Both the position numbers and the translations under genes were made by a program. Below the pieces are notes generated by a model. That model was not told the origin of the DNA, searched no databases, and was given only the letters and a program-made list of their open reading frames with translations. Shown piece after piece: positions 17,149 through 26,461 of a stretch of DNA of 64,000 nucleotides (position 1 is its first letter; each line of letters opens with the position of its first letter). The stretch lies in the NCBI GenBank assembly GCA_963827275.1, contig CAWHAA010000006.1, positions 96,001 through 160,000 of the forward strand, given 5' to 3'. The stretch is from an uncultured Spirochaetota bacterium. GTDB lineage: Bacteria; Spirochaetota; UBA4802; UBA5550.

Positions 17149-17532
17149 TTATGATCGTGTCTTTTTGGCCGTCCTGCTGCGGATATAGCGGAAACTGAAA
17201 GCTTCCTTTGATTTCAAAATATGAAACGTGCCGGCGAAGATACCACCGATGACGTTAAGAACGATGACGGGGTCGCCCCACATCTCGATGCCGAAGGAGC
17301 CGGCATCGTAGACGCTGACCGTGCCGCTGTCGCACGGAACCGGCCGGTCCAGCGGGGTGCCGCTCTTTTCATCGGCCCTGACAAGCTCCGCCGATACCTC
17401 GGTGCCGTCCTTGAGGGCCATCATGTCGAATTGTGCGATGCGAAAGGCGACCAGGATGTCCCCGCGGTCAAGGATGATGTCATAGTACGCCGGCGGCTCC
17501 GGCTGGTGGTGTATGATGTACCGCCCCCCCAT
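17149..17532 (-). CDS. degenerate stand-alone LigD 3'-phosphoesterase-like protein
   Basis: RYIIHH...YYDIILDRGDILVAF, GTVSVYDAGSF and GGIFAGTFHILK align by eye with the LigD PE motifs (RFVIHEH..HYDLRLE, GTV.IWD.GTY); catalytic residues appear substituted. Confidence 0.5.
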   Translation of the reverse strand: MGGRYIIHHQPEPPAYYDIILDRGDILVAFRIAQFDMMALKDGTEVSAELVRADEKSGTPLDRPVPCDSGTVSVYDAGSFGIEMWGDPVIVLNVIGGIFAGTFHILKSKEAFSFRYIRSRTAKKTRS

Positions 17533-17534
17533 GG

Positions 17535-19625
17535 CTATACCGGCTCGAAATCTATGATCATCCTGTCGATCTCCACCACGGTCAGCCTGACCCTGACACG
17601 GTCGCCCATCCTGAACCTCCTGCCGTGGCGCCTGCCGATGACCGTGTGCTCGTCCTCCTTGACGAGGTAGAAGTCGTCGGTAAGGGCCCAGAGGGGCACC
17701 ATGCCGTCGATGGGCATCTCGGTCAGGGTGACGTAGAAGCCGTACTTGCTGACGCCGCTCACGACGCCGTTGAAGACCTCTCCCACGCGGTCCATCATCA
17801 GCCGGCAGGTCTTGAGCTTTCTGAAGTCGCGCTCCGCGCTCTGGGCGACCCGCTCCATTTCGGAGCTCCGGTCGCCGATGGTGATGATCTCCTCGGTAGA
17901 ATAGGGCTGCTTCGCGCGGTCGAGAATGCTTTTTAAGCAGCGGTGGACGATAAGGTCGGGGTACCGCCGGATAGGCGAGGTGAAGTGCGTATAGTCCTTG
18001 AATCCGAGGCCGAAATGCCCGTCAGGAAGCGCCCCGTAATAGGCCTGCATCATCGATTTCAGGATGACCAGGTTCACCACGTGCTCGATCTCCCTGCCCG
18101 CGACCTGGGCGAGCACCTTCTGGACGTTCGCGGCGGTGTTGCCGGTCGTCTTGAACTGGATGCCGAGCAGCTTCAGGAAATCCTTCAGCTCCGCGAGGGA
18201 TTCGGGGTCTATCTCCTCATGGTTGCGGTAGAGCGACGGGATGCCGCTTTCCCGGATGAAGCGCGACACGGTCACATTCGCGCAGAGCATGAATTCCTCC
18301 ACCAGCAGGTGGCTCTTGAGCCGCTCTATATACTGTATGTCGGTGACGACGTTGTTCTCGTAAATAAGCGACTGGTCGGTGAGGTTGAGCTCCAGGCTCC
18401 CCTGCTCGATGCGGCGCCGGTGCAGGAGCATGGCCAGTTCGTACATCATTTTCACCGACGTGCCAAGAGGGCCGGTATCGGCGCCGGCAAGGATGTCGTC
18501 AGTTCCGTTATAGGTGAGCCTCCGGTCGACGCGTATAGTGCCGCGCGATATGCGATGGCTCTTTACCGCCCCGTTGCGGTCGATGTCCATCTCCACCGAC
18601 ATCGTGAGCCGGTCAACGCCCTCCCGCAGCGAGCAGAGGTCGTTGGAAAGGGCCTCCGGGAGCATGGGGATAACGCTGTTGCCCAGGTAGTAGCTCGTGC
18701 CCCGCTTCAGCGCCTCGCGGTCGAGCTCGGAGTTCTTGCGCACGTAGGATGACACGTCCGCTATATGGACATAGACGGTGTAGCGGTCGCCTTTTTTTTC
18801 TATGGATATGGCGTCATCAAAGTCCTTGGCACTTTCGCTGTCGATGGTGACGGTGAAGAGCCCGGTGTAGTCCTTTCTCTTGCCCGCGTCGGGCGTGATG
18901 CCGCACGAGCCGGAAAGCTCGGGGTAGTCGCCGTGCGGGGAGGGGAGGGAGTGCTTGACGATGATCCTGTTGAGGTCCTGGGCTTCGTCGTCGGGGGGGA
19001 ACGTGGCGATGACCGCGCACCGCTGGCGTTTTTGATGCAACCCCTCTTCGAGACGGACAAAGGCCATGTCTCCCTTTTCCACATCGGCGGCGGTCCGCGG
19101 CGCGGACACCTCCATCCCGCCCGGCACGTCCAGGAGATTGTAGATGACCGCGTCGCGGGTCACGTGCACCGCCCTGGCGTAGTAATCGCTCTTTTCACGG
19201 CGGATGATCTTTTCGACCGCGCCGAAAATACTGCCTTCCCTGACATCGATGATTTTGACAGTGACCAGGTCGTTGTCATGCGCGCCGACCGTATCGTCCT
19301 TTTTAACCATTATTTCAAGGTCGACCGCTTTGAGCGCGGCATTGCCCGTTTTGTTGACGCGAATATTCCCCTCGACGGTCAGTGAGTGTACCCTTACGTA
19401 GTGGTCCCTTTTTTTCCGGGCCAGGCCGGTGGCAACGAGGGCGCCAAGGGTCTCGTCGATAACCGCTATGTCGCGTTCCTGGCCCGGGCCGCCCCCGCGT
19501 TTTCCCTTTCGTTTCCTGTTTTTTTCGCCGTGCGGACTTGTCAGCGCGTCGACGATGTCTTTTCTGGTAAAATCCGCGGCCCGTGCGTTGATGTATGCGA
19601 TGATTCTTTTAGAGGTGACGGCCAT
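17535..19625 (-). CDS. rnr: ribonuclease R
   Basis: TIDSESAKDFDDAIS, VHIADVS, RGTSYY, VEEFM, HFGLG...YTHFTSPIRRYPDL, and a C-terminal S1 domain. Confidence 0.94.
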   Translation of the reverse strand: MAVTSKRIIAYINARAADFTRKDIVDALTSPHGEKNRKRKGKRGGGPGQERDIAVIDETLGALVATGLARKKRDHYVRVHSLTVEGNIRVNKTGNAALKAVDLEIMVKKDDTVGAHDNDLVTVKIIDVREGSIFGAVEKIIRREKSDYYARAVHVTRDAVIYNLLDVPGGMEVSAPRTAADVEKGDMAFVRLEEGLHQKRQRCAVIATFPPDDEAQDLNRIIVKHSLPSPHGDYPELSGSCGITPDAGKRKDYTGLFTVTIDSESAKDFDDAISIEKKGDRYTVYVHIADVSSYVRKNSELDREALKRGTSYYLGNSVIPMLPEALSNDLCSLREGVDRLTMSVEMDIDRNGAVKSHRISRGTIRVDRRLTYNGTDDILAGADTGPLGTSVKMMYELAMLLHRRRIEQGSLELNLTDQSLIYENNVVTDIQYIERLKSHLLVEEFMLCANVTVSRFIRESGIPSLYRNHEEIDPESLAELKDFLKLLGIQFKTTGNTAANVQKVLAQVAGREIEHVVNLVILKSMMQAYYGALPDGHFGLGFKDYTHFTSPIRRYPDLIVHRCLKSILDRAKQPYSTEEIITIGDRSSEMERVAQSAERDFRKLKTCRLMMDRVGEVFNGVVSGVSKYGFYVTLTEMPIDGMVPLWALTDDFYLVKEDEHTVIGRRHGRRFRMGDRVRVRLTVVEIDRMIIDFEPV

Positions 19626-19627
19626 AA

Positions 19628-19978
19628 TTACTGGGCGCCGCTGTCAGGTTTTTTTTCAGATTTCATATCCATCTTTGCTTTCGACTCTTCCTTCACTTTT
19701 TCTATCTCCGCTCTCTTTTCTTCAACCTTGCTCTTCAATGTCATTACCTTGTCATGGAGCTCCTTTACCCTGGGGTCAGTGAGCTCAAGCGACGGCGCGC
19801 CGCTTTCAATTTTCGATATGACGTACCTGCCGAGGTCTTTTTCCGCGACTCCCTGGTCTATCTGGAAACGCTTGATCTCGACATTCAGTTTTCCAAGCCT
19901 GGCGAACTCCTCGGTCTTGTTGACAAGGATCTCGCCGAACTTGATTATGGTTTCACCTGTATCTTTGAGTATGCCCAT
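19628..19978 (-). CDS. hypothetical coiled-coil protein
   Basis: 116 aa, strong SD (AAGGAGGT), charged helical sequence, 2 bp from the rnr start. Confidence 0.75.
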   Translation of the reverse strand: MGILKDTGETIIKFGEILVNKTEEFARLGKLNVEIKRFQIDQGVAEKDLGRYVISKIESGAPSLELTDPRVKELHDKVMTLKSKVEEKRAEIEKVKEESKAKMDMKSEKKPDSGAQ

Positions 19979-20193
19979 GTTTATTTACCTCCTTATTCTA
20001 TGGTTGGCCGTTATATATACTTGCATTGGGAGGAGCGAAGCGAAAGCAGCCTGCTTGCTCTCCGATAGCGTATGGATATATCCCTCATATCTTTCATGCT
20101 TTTAGTCTGCGCCATCGATGTCACTGGTCACCACGCAGTGCTCGGGATGGCCGCGAATATGCAATAACAATCATGAACTCATGTAATTTCATA

Positions 20194-20222
20194 ATAATAC
20201 ATACACTGTCAGGGAAAGTCAA
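20194..20222 (-). promoter_or_regulatory. sigma70-type promoter for the hypothetical-rnr operon
   Basis: Minus strand TTGACT (20222-20217), 17-nt spacer, TATTAT (20199-20194). Confidence 0.62.
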
Positions 20223-20309
20223 TCAAAATACGGGACTGGTTCGGGTTGATTGATGTTCCCGGCACCCGCGCGTGACGGTGTGCCGGGAACATTTCACTGT
20301 TGAAGGGGA

Positions 20310-21344
20310 TTACATCTTTGATGTCAGGACCTTCTGGGCTTCCTTCGCTTCTTTGGCGATGCGCTCGATGATCTGTTTTACCGTCGGGGTATCATGGATG
20401 ATCCCGGTAATCTGGCCGATGGGGAGGACGCCCTTGACGTTGTCGCCGTCAATCGTCCCGACCTTGAACGCCTCGAAACCGATCGCCATGCGCGCCATCT
20501 GGAACGATTTCTTGAAGCCCATCAACAGTATTCCGATAAAGAGCTTGAGCCACGGGAATCCCAGGAGCTTGGCTATCTTCCGCGACATGAACAGCGCCGT
20601 GAAGGGGTTCATTTTTTTGTTCATAAGCCGCTCCGATCCTTTGGTCCTCATGAACCGGGCGGGGAGACCGTCGACCTTGTTGGTGTAGATCGTATTGTAG
20701 GGATCGCACTCGCTGCTCTTTGCTTTTTGTCCGGCATGGACCGGGCTTTCAACCGAGTTCATGAAGCGGGTGCCCATGGAGATGCCGTCCGCGCCGAGGA
20801 CGAGTGCGGCCGCCAGGCCGCGGCCGTCGGCGAAACCGCCGGCTGCTATGACGGGGATCTTCACCTCGTCGACAATGCTGGGGATCAGCACCATCGAGGT
20901 GACCGCCCCGCCGTGGCCGGCGGCTTCGTGGCCGGTCACTATGAGCGCGTCAGCGCCGTCTTTCTGCGCGGCGAGGGCGTGCTTCAGGGTGGTGACCGTC
21001 GCGATCACCTTGCCGCCGTAGGCATGCACCTCCCTGCAGATCCAGTCGCCTTTCCCGAGGGCGTAGTTGACCACAGGGACTTTCTCGTCGATGATGACCT
21101 TCGCGTTCTTGTCCGATCCCGGAAAATAGAGGGTGACGTTTGCCGCGAAAGGGTTCTTTGTCAGCTTTTTAGTGCGTTGAATATATTCGCGGGTCTCTTC
21201 CGCTTTCAGGATGCCCGTGGCCAGGATGCCCAGGCCGCCCGCGTTGGCGACCGCGGCGACCAGCTCGGGCGTGCTGATCCAGCTCATGCCCGACAGGACG
21301 ATGGGATACTTTATCCCGAACAGCTGTGTTATTTTTGTTTTCAT
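20310..21344 (-). CDS. nitronate monooxygenase / FabK-like enoyl reductase family flavoprotein
   Basis: MKTKITQLFGIKYPI, AAVANAGGLGI, GHEAAGHGG, PVIAAGGFADGRG, MGTRF. Confidence 0.88.
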   Translation of the reverse strand: MKTKITQLFGIKYPIVLSGMSWISTPELVAAVANAGGLGILATGILKAEETREYIQRTKKLTKNPFAANVTLYFPGSDKNAKVIIDEKVPVVNYALGKGDWICREVHAYGGKVIATVTTLKHALAAQKDGADALIVTGHEAAGHGGAVTSMVLIPSIVDEVKIPVIAAGGFADGRGLAAALVLGADGISMGTRFMNSVESPVHAGQKAKSSECDPYNTIYTNKVDGLPARFMRTKGSERLMNKKMNPFTALFMSRKIAKLLGFPWLKLFIGILLMGFKKSFQMARMAIGFEAFKVGTIDGDNVKGVLPIGQITGIIHDTPTVKQIIERIAKEAKEAQKVLTSKM

Positions 21345-21398
21345 GAGTGACCTCGTAAGGGTAAAATAAAAATGCCGCAGAGGCGCGGAAACAGTGAA

Positions 21399-21429
21399 GT
21401 TATTCATGAATAACGCGGTGCCGTTATTC
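21399..21429. promoter_or_regulatory. palindromic operator overlapping the promoter of the FabK-like gene
   Basis: Perfect 16-bp palindrome GTTATTCATGAATAAC (21399-21414) and a third half-site GTTATTC (21423-21429), next to a minus-strand TTGACA (21435-21430). Confidence 0.6.
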
Positions 21430-21563
21430 TGTCAATCCACTATTTATTATGCGAATAATAAACAGCGGCATGCTTCCATGTTTCCGGTCATCTGCGGCAT
21501 TCCGTTGCTGCCGAGGAGAATGCTGCTGCCGGTTACTCTCCCCGGATGCTCCCGGGCTGACTC

Positions 21564-22718
21564 CTAGTATTCCTTCAGAACGCTGCTTGCTATGACAAGC
21601 CGCTGAATTTCAGACGTCCCCTCGTAAATTTCGGTGATGCGGGAGTCGCGGTAATGACGCTCGACCGGGTAGTCCTTCACGTATCCGTATCCGCCGAAGA
21701 TCTGTATGGCCTTGTGCGTCACGCGGTGCGACATTTCGGACGCGTACAGTTTGGCCATGGCCGCGTACTTGGAATAGCGCTGGCGGTCGCCGGTGCCGAT
21801 CAGGGTGGCTGCCTGGTATACGAGAAGGCGCGCCGCCTCGATTTCGGTCGCCATATCGGCGATCATCCACTGGATGGCCTGGAAGTCGGAGATGGACTTT
21901 CCGAACTGTTTCCGGTCCTTGGCGTACACGACCGCTGCGTCGAGGGCCGCCTGGGCGATACCCACCGCCTGCGCCGCGATGCCGACCCGCCCGCCGTCAA
22001 GGGTGTGCATCGCTATCTTGAAGCCCTCGCCGCGCTTGCCGACCATGTTGCCTTCGGGTATCGCGCAGTTGTCGAACACCAGCTCCGTCGTGGAGGAGGC
22101 GCATATCCCGAGCTTGTCCTCGGTCTTGCCAACGCTGAAGCCCGGGGTGCCTTTCTCGATCAGGAAGAAGCTCAGTCCCTTGTGCCCGATCCCCTTGTCG
22201 GTGACCGCGGTAACGACCGCGACCTGCGCCGGGCCGCCGTTGGTGATGAAGTTCTTTGATCCGTTAAGTATCCATGTGCCGTTTTTAAGCTCGGCCGTTG
22301 TCTTTGTGCCCGAGGCGTCAGAACCGGCTTCCGGCTCGGTGATGCCGAAGCAGCCGATATATTCGCCGGTGGTGAGCCTGGTGAGGTACTTTTGCTTCAG
22401 CTCCTCGGAGGCGAAATAATTTATGGGAGAGAGGCAGAGCGAATTGTGGGCGGAAACGATGACGCCCGCGGACGCGTCGCCCCGCGAGACCTCTTCGACC
22501 GCGATGGCATAGCTCACATAGTCCATGCCGGCCCCGTTGTATTTTTCCGGGTAGACGACGCCCATGATCCCCATCTCGCCGAGCTTCTTGACATGCTCCA
22601 TGGGAAATTCGTGCGTCCGGTCGTAGTGTTCCGCTTTCGGCTTCAATTCCTTCTCGGCAAATTGACGCAGCATATCCTTGAGCATCTGTTGCTCTTCGGT
22701 CAGTTTAAAATCCATCAT
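21564..22718 (-). CDS. bcd: acyl-CoA (butyryl-CoA) dehydrogenase
   Basis: ITEPEAGSDA, NGSKNFITNG, KLGICAS, GGRVGIAAQ, RKQFG, QIFGGYGY, IYEGTSEIQR. Confidence 0.92.
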   Translation of the reverse strand: MMDFKLTEEQQMLKDMLRQFAEKELKPKAEHYDRTHEFPMEHVKKLGEMGIMGVVYPEKYNGAGMDYVSYAIAVEEVSRGDASAGVIVSAHNSLCLSPINYFASEELKQKYLTRLTTGEYIGCFGITEPEAGSDASGTKTTAELKNGTWILNGSKNFITNGGPAQVAVVTAVTDKGIGHKGLSFFLIEKGTPGFSVGKTEDKLGICASSTTELVFDNCAIPEGNMVGKRGEGFKIAMHTLDGGRVGIAAQAVGIAQAALDAAVVYAKDRKQFGKSISDFQAIQWMIADMATEIEAARLLVYQAATLIGTGDRQRYSKYAAMAKLYASEMSHRVTHKAIQIFGGYGYVKDYPVERHYRDSRITEIYEGTSEIQRLVIASSVLKEY

Positions 22719-23158
22719 GCACCTCTCATTCTGATAATATGATAGTTCAATTCATCCCCCGCATACATTCATCCGCGGCCGATATGCCCCGTCCGGGCTT
22801 CCCACCGGCCTTCTGGTGTGATGCGAGCCGGGAAATAGCTCTCACTGTTGTTAATCCGGGCGCACCGCCCGCCGCAGCACTCTGGCGTGGGAATATGCGC
22901 ACCCACGTTTATACAGTAGGATTGAATTAACATTTTTTCAGGCATGGTTTTTTGTCAAGGCGAATAACGGGCGGGGGAAAGCGTGCCCGGATTTTATGGC
23001 CATATGCGAATTTTAATAAACAACCGTTAAAATTCTCTTGAAAATAAATATGCGGTTGATTCTAATCGTTTTATGCAGGAGAGCGGGGCCATGGCGCGAG
23101 GATGTGCCCGTCGCGGCGCGGCGCGCTCCGGCAGAGCGTCAATTGATGAAGAGGCGAT

Positions 23159-24232
23159 ATGAAGAGGATCCTATCGGTCCTGATGGTAACGGCCGTCACC
23201 CTTGTTGGCTGTTCCTTCTGGAAATCAACCACACTCGGTTCAAAGAGGTTTGCTTTCATACCGAACGGCTCCGGGATCGGGCAGGCGGTGGTCACCACCG
23301 ACGAGTACGGTCTTGAGAACCTGTCGATCGGGGTCAGCGTTCTCAGCGGCCTGATCTGCGTAACGGACGATGAACTGCGGCGCGTACAGGTCATGAAACC
23401 GAACGGCGATGTGAAGCTGATCATCGGGCCGGTCAAGAAGATGAAAACCGGGGACATCCCGGCGGAGAATTTCAACTTCGGCAGCCTGGGGTTCGTCGCG
23501 ATGGATGATGACGACAACCTGTATATACAGAATAAATTCTCCCGGATACGGGACAACGAAAAGGACAGGTCGGGCGGCGGGAACAGCATCGATTTCGCGC
23601 CATCCTATATCGTCGTATTCAACAAGGACGGCGAATTGCAATATACGCTCGGTCAGAAGGGAGCGACGGACACGCCGTTTTCGCATATCGAGCGCATCTA
23701 TATCGATTCAAGCGACAGGCTGTTCGTCATATCGCGGTCGACCGATTCATGGAGCATCTTCCGCTTCAAGGGCAAAACGCGGGAGCGCCTGATAACCCTG
23801 AACACGCTGGAATTCAAGGAACGGGACGAGGAGAATGTTTTTGAAGGGAAAATCGACAATATCAGGGCGTTCTCCGACGGAGAGCGCCTCCTCATATCGG
23901 TTTCATTTTACCAGGGTCTGCGTCTCAAATATATCAAGATATTCGAATATTCGATCGATCAGGGCAAGGTCGATAAAACCATTATGGAGATTCCTGACCC
24001 CAAGAACGTCCTGCTCGATATAATGGACGATAAATACATCTACCTGTGGAACGTGAGCGACGGGAACGTCAAGTTCGAAGTGGCCAACCTTGACGGGACG
24101 GTGGTCAACAACGTGTACCTGGAGATGGAGCGCAAGCGCGACTATTACGCGAAGATCATCCTTGACAATTCGGGGAAGATCTATTCCTACCATATTATGA
24201 AAGGCGGCGTCGAAATTCTAAAATGGGAGTAG
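23159..24232 (+). CDS. hypothetical lipoprotein, probable beta-propeller
   Basis: Lipobox VTLVGC; beta-rich repeats (VAMDDDDNLYI, IYIDSSDRLFV, ILDNSGKIY) resembling NHL blades. Confidence 0.7.
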   Translation: MKRILSVLMVTAVTLVGCSFWKSTTLGSKRFAFIPNGSGIGQAVVTTDEYGLENLSIGVSVLSGLICVTDDELRRVQVMKPNGDVKLIIGPVKKMKTGDIPAENFNFGSLGFVAMDDDDNLYIQNKFSRIRDNEKDRSGGGNSIDFAPSYIVVFNKDGELQYTLGQKGATDTPFSHIERIYIDSSDRLFVISRSTDSWSIFRFKGKTRERLITLNTLEFKERDEENVFEGKIDNIRAFSDGERLLISVSFYQGLRLKYIKIFEYSIDQGKVDKTIMEIPDPKNVLLDIMDDKYIYLWNVSDGNVKFEVANLDGTVVNNVYLEMERKRDYYAKIILDNSGKIYSYHIMKGGVEILKWE

Positions 24233-24236
24233 GCGC

Positions 24237-25790
24237 ATGAAGGCCGTAACCGCACTCGAGATGCAGGAGATTGACCGTATCGCAATCCGGGAGCGGGGGA
24301 TGCCCGCCGCGGTGCTCATGGGGCTCGCGGGAAAGGCGGTCGCCGACCGTATCGTTGAACGGTGCCCGTGGGCCGGGAGCGCAGCGGTATTCGCCGGCAC
24401 GGGCAACAACGGCGGCGACGGCTTCGTCGCCGCGTATTATCTCGCCAACGCAGGCATCCGGGCCGACGTCTTTCTCGCGGGGACCGCGGATAAAATCAGT
24501 GAAACAGCGCGCACGTACCATGACCTCTGTAAAAATTCCGGCATCACCATAACCGGCATGGCGGACGCCGGCGATATTGACCTCGACCGGTACGACTGCG
24601 TCGTGGACGCGCTCCTGGGAACGGGCTCCTCCGGTCAGGCGCGCGGAGCGGCGGCCGGTGCGATACGGCTGATCAATGATTCAGACGCCTATGTCGTTTC
24701 CGTGGATATCCCCAGCGGCCTCGGCTCCGACGGCGCCGCGCCCGAGGGGGAGGCGGTGGTGGCAGACATGACGGTGACCATCGGCCTGCCGAAACTCTCG
24801 CTCGTGACCTACCCCGGCAAGGAATTTGCCGGCGACCTGCATGTCGCGGATATCGGCTTCCCCCGGGCCCTGACGGAATCCGCGTCGCTCGCCAACGAGC
24901 TCATCGATGATGACTTCTTCGCGTGGCATTCGATCAGGGAGATCGAGTCTGACTACCGGTCGCGCCCGGACACCCATAAGGGGGAGCGGGGACATCTTCT
25001 CATCATAGGCGGCTTTGACGGTATGGAAGGGGCGGCGCTCCTTGCGGCCGGCGCCGCGTTTGAAACCGGCGTCGGGCTGGCGACGCTCATGACGACGGAC
25101 AGCGCGCGGGCGGTTGTCGCGGGTAAAATTCCGGAATTAATGACCCTCTCCCTGCCATGGACGGATGGAACGGGTAAGGACGGGCCCGCAGACGCGCTGG
25201 ACGCACTGCTGGGATCAGGCAACTACGACGCCCTCGTGATCGGGCCGGGGATGGGGCGCACCGTGCCGGCCCGTGCAGTGTTTGAGGCGGCGATCACTTC
25301 GGCCGGCAGACATGGAATCAGGCGGGTCCTGATAGACGGCGACGGGCTCTTTCATCTTGCCGCATGCCTTGAAGGAGGCGGCGCAGTAACCGGTGCCGAT
25401 ATGGTTGTGACCCCGCATTTCATGGAGGCCTCGCGGCTTCTGGGTGTCCCGGTGGACGAGATCAGGAAAAACCGCCTCCACGCTGCGGGAAGCCTGGCCG
25501 GGCGGCTTGGCTGCGCGGCGCTGCTGAAAGGGCCCGCAACCATCGTCTCGGACGCAGCGCGCAGTTTCATCAATACGACCGGGAGCGCTTCGCTGGCCGC
25601 CGCGGGGTCCGGGGACGTGCTCTCGGGGATCATCGGGGCCCTGCTGCTCCGGCGCTTCACACCGCTTGTCGCGGCATCATACGGCGCGCATATTCACGGG
25701 AGGGCGGCAGACCTCTGCCGCGCAGAGCGCGACACAGACCTTCTCAGGTCATCGGACCTGCTCCCGTACATTAGCCGGGCAATGCAATAA
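24237..25790 (+). CDS. nnr: bifunctional NAD(P)H-hydrate epimerase/dehydratase
   Basis: GTGNNGGDG, VDALLGTG, VDIPSG, HKGERG, IGPGMG, VTPH.ME, LLKG, AGSGDVLSG. Confidence 0.93.
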   Translation: MKAVTALEMQEIDRIAIRERGMPAAVLMGLAGKAVADRIVERCPWAGSAAVFAGTGNNGGDGFVAAYYLANAGIRADVFLAGTADKISETARTYHDLCKNSGITITGMADAGDIDLDRYDCVVDALLGTGSSGQARGAAAGAIRLINDSDAYVVSVDIPSGLGSDGAAPEGEAVVADMTVTIGLPKLSLVTYPGKEFAGDLHVADIGFPRALTESASLANELIDDDFFAWHSIREIESDYRSRPDTHKGERGHLLIIGGFDGMEGAALLAAGAAFETGVGLATLMTTDSARAVVAGKIPELMTLSLPWTDGTGKDGPADALDALLGSGNYDALVIGPGMGRTVPARAVFEAAITSAGRHGIRRVLIDGDGLFHLAACLEGGGAVTGADMVVTPHFMEASRLLGVPVDEIRKNRLHAAGSLAGRLGCAALLKGPATIVSDAARSFINTTGSASLAAAGSGDVLSGIIGALLLRRFTPLVAASYGAHIHGRAADLCRAERDTDLLRSSDLLPYISRAMQ

Positions 25791-25889
25791 AGAGCCGCGC
25801 GCACGGATTTTAAAAAAAATAAGTGGACATCGAAATATCAGGTTGTATTCCTTGTCAGGTTTCCTGATTCACAAGGACGAGAGTGTACC

Positions 25890-26285
25890 ATGAAAAAACC
25901 TGAAACATCATTCCTGCCGCCCTGTGCCGACTGCGGCGGAAGCTGCTGCCGCTATGTCGCCATCGAGATCGACAGGCCCACAACGAAGACCGATTACGAC
26001 AATATCAGGTGGTGGCTGCTCCATAAAGACGTGCACGTGTTCGTTGACCACGACAGGAAATGGCATGTCGAGTTCAGGGGCGTATGCGAAAACCTCGGCC
26101 CGAAAAACGAATGCCTGATGTACCACCACCGCCCCGAGATATGCCGCAATCACGGCAACATCGAGGAGGAGTGCGAATATTTTGATTCTCCCTATCTGCT
26201 CTATTTTTCATCGCTGAAGGAATTCGAGAAGTACCTCAACACGAAAAAGATCGACTGGCGATTCAAACACCACGTGAAGAAGTGA
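25890..26285 (+). CDS. YkgJ-family cysteine-cluster (Fe-S/Zn) protein
   Basis: CADCGGSCC...CENL....C.MY..RPEICR pattern. Confidence 0.85.
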   Translation: MKKPETSFLPPCADCGGSCCRYVAIEIDRPTTKTDYDNIRWWLLHKDVHVFVDHDRKWHVEFRGVCENLGPKNECLMYHHRPEICRNHGNIEEECEYFDSPYLLYFSSLKEFEKYLNTKKIDWRFKHHVKK

Positions 26286-26461
26286 CGCAGCAGGGAGACG
26301 TCCCGTTCCGTTAATCCAATTTTTTGCTTGCAATTTACCTCGTGACATGCAATGGATAAATCATGATGCCCCCGTCCTCTCGCGGGGGCAGGTATGGCTC
26401 CGTGGTTCAAGCCGGCGCGTGCTTGTCATCGCCCGGTATCCGGCATAGTGGGGGACAATGT

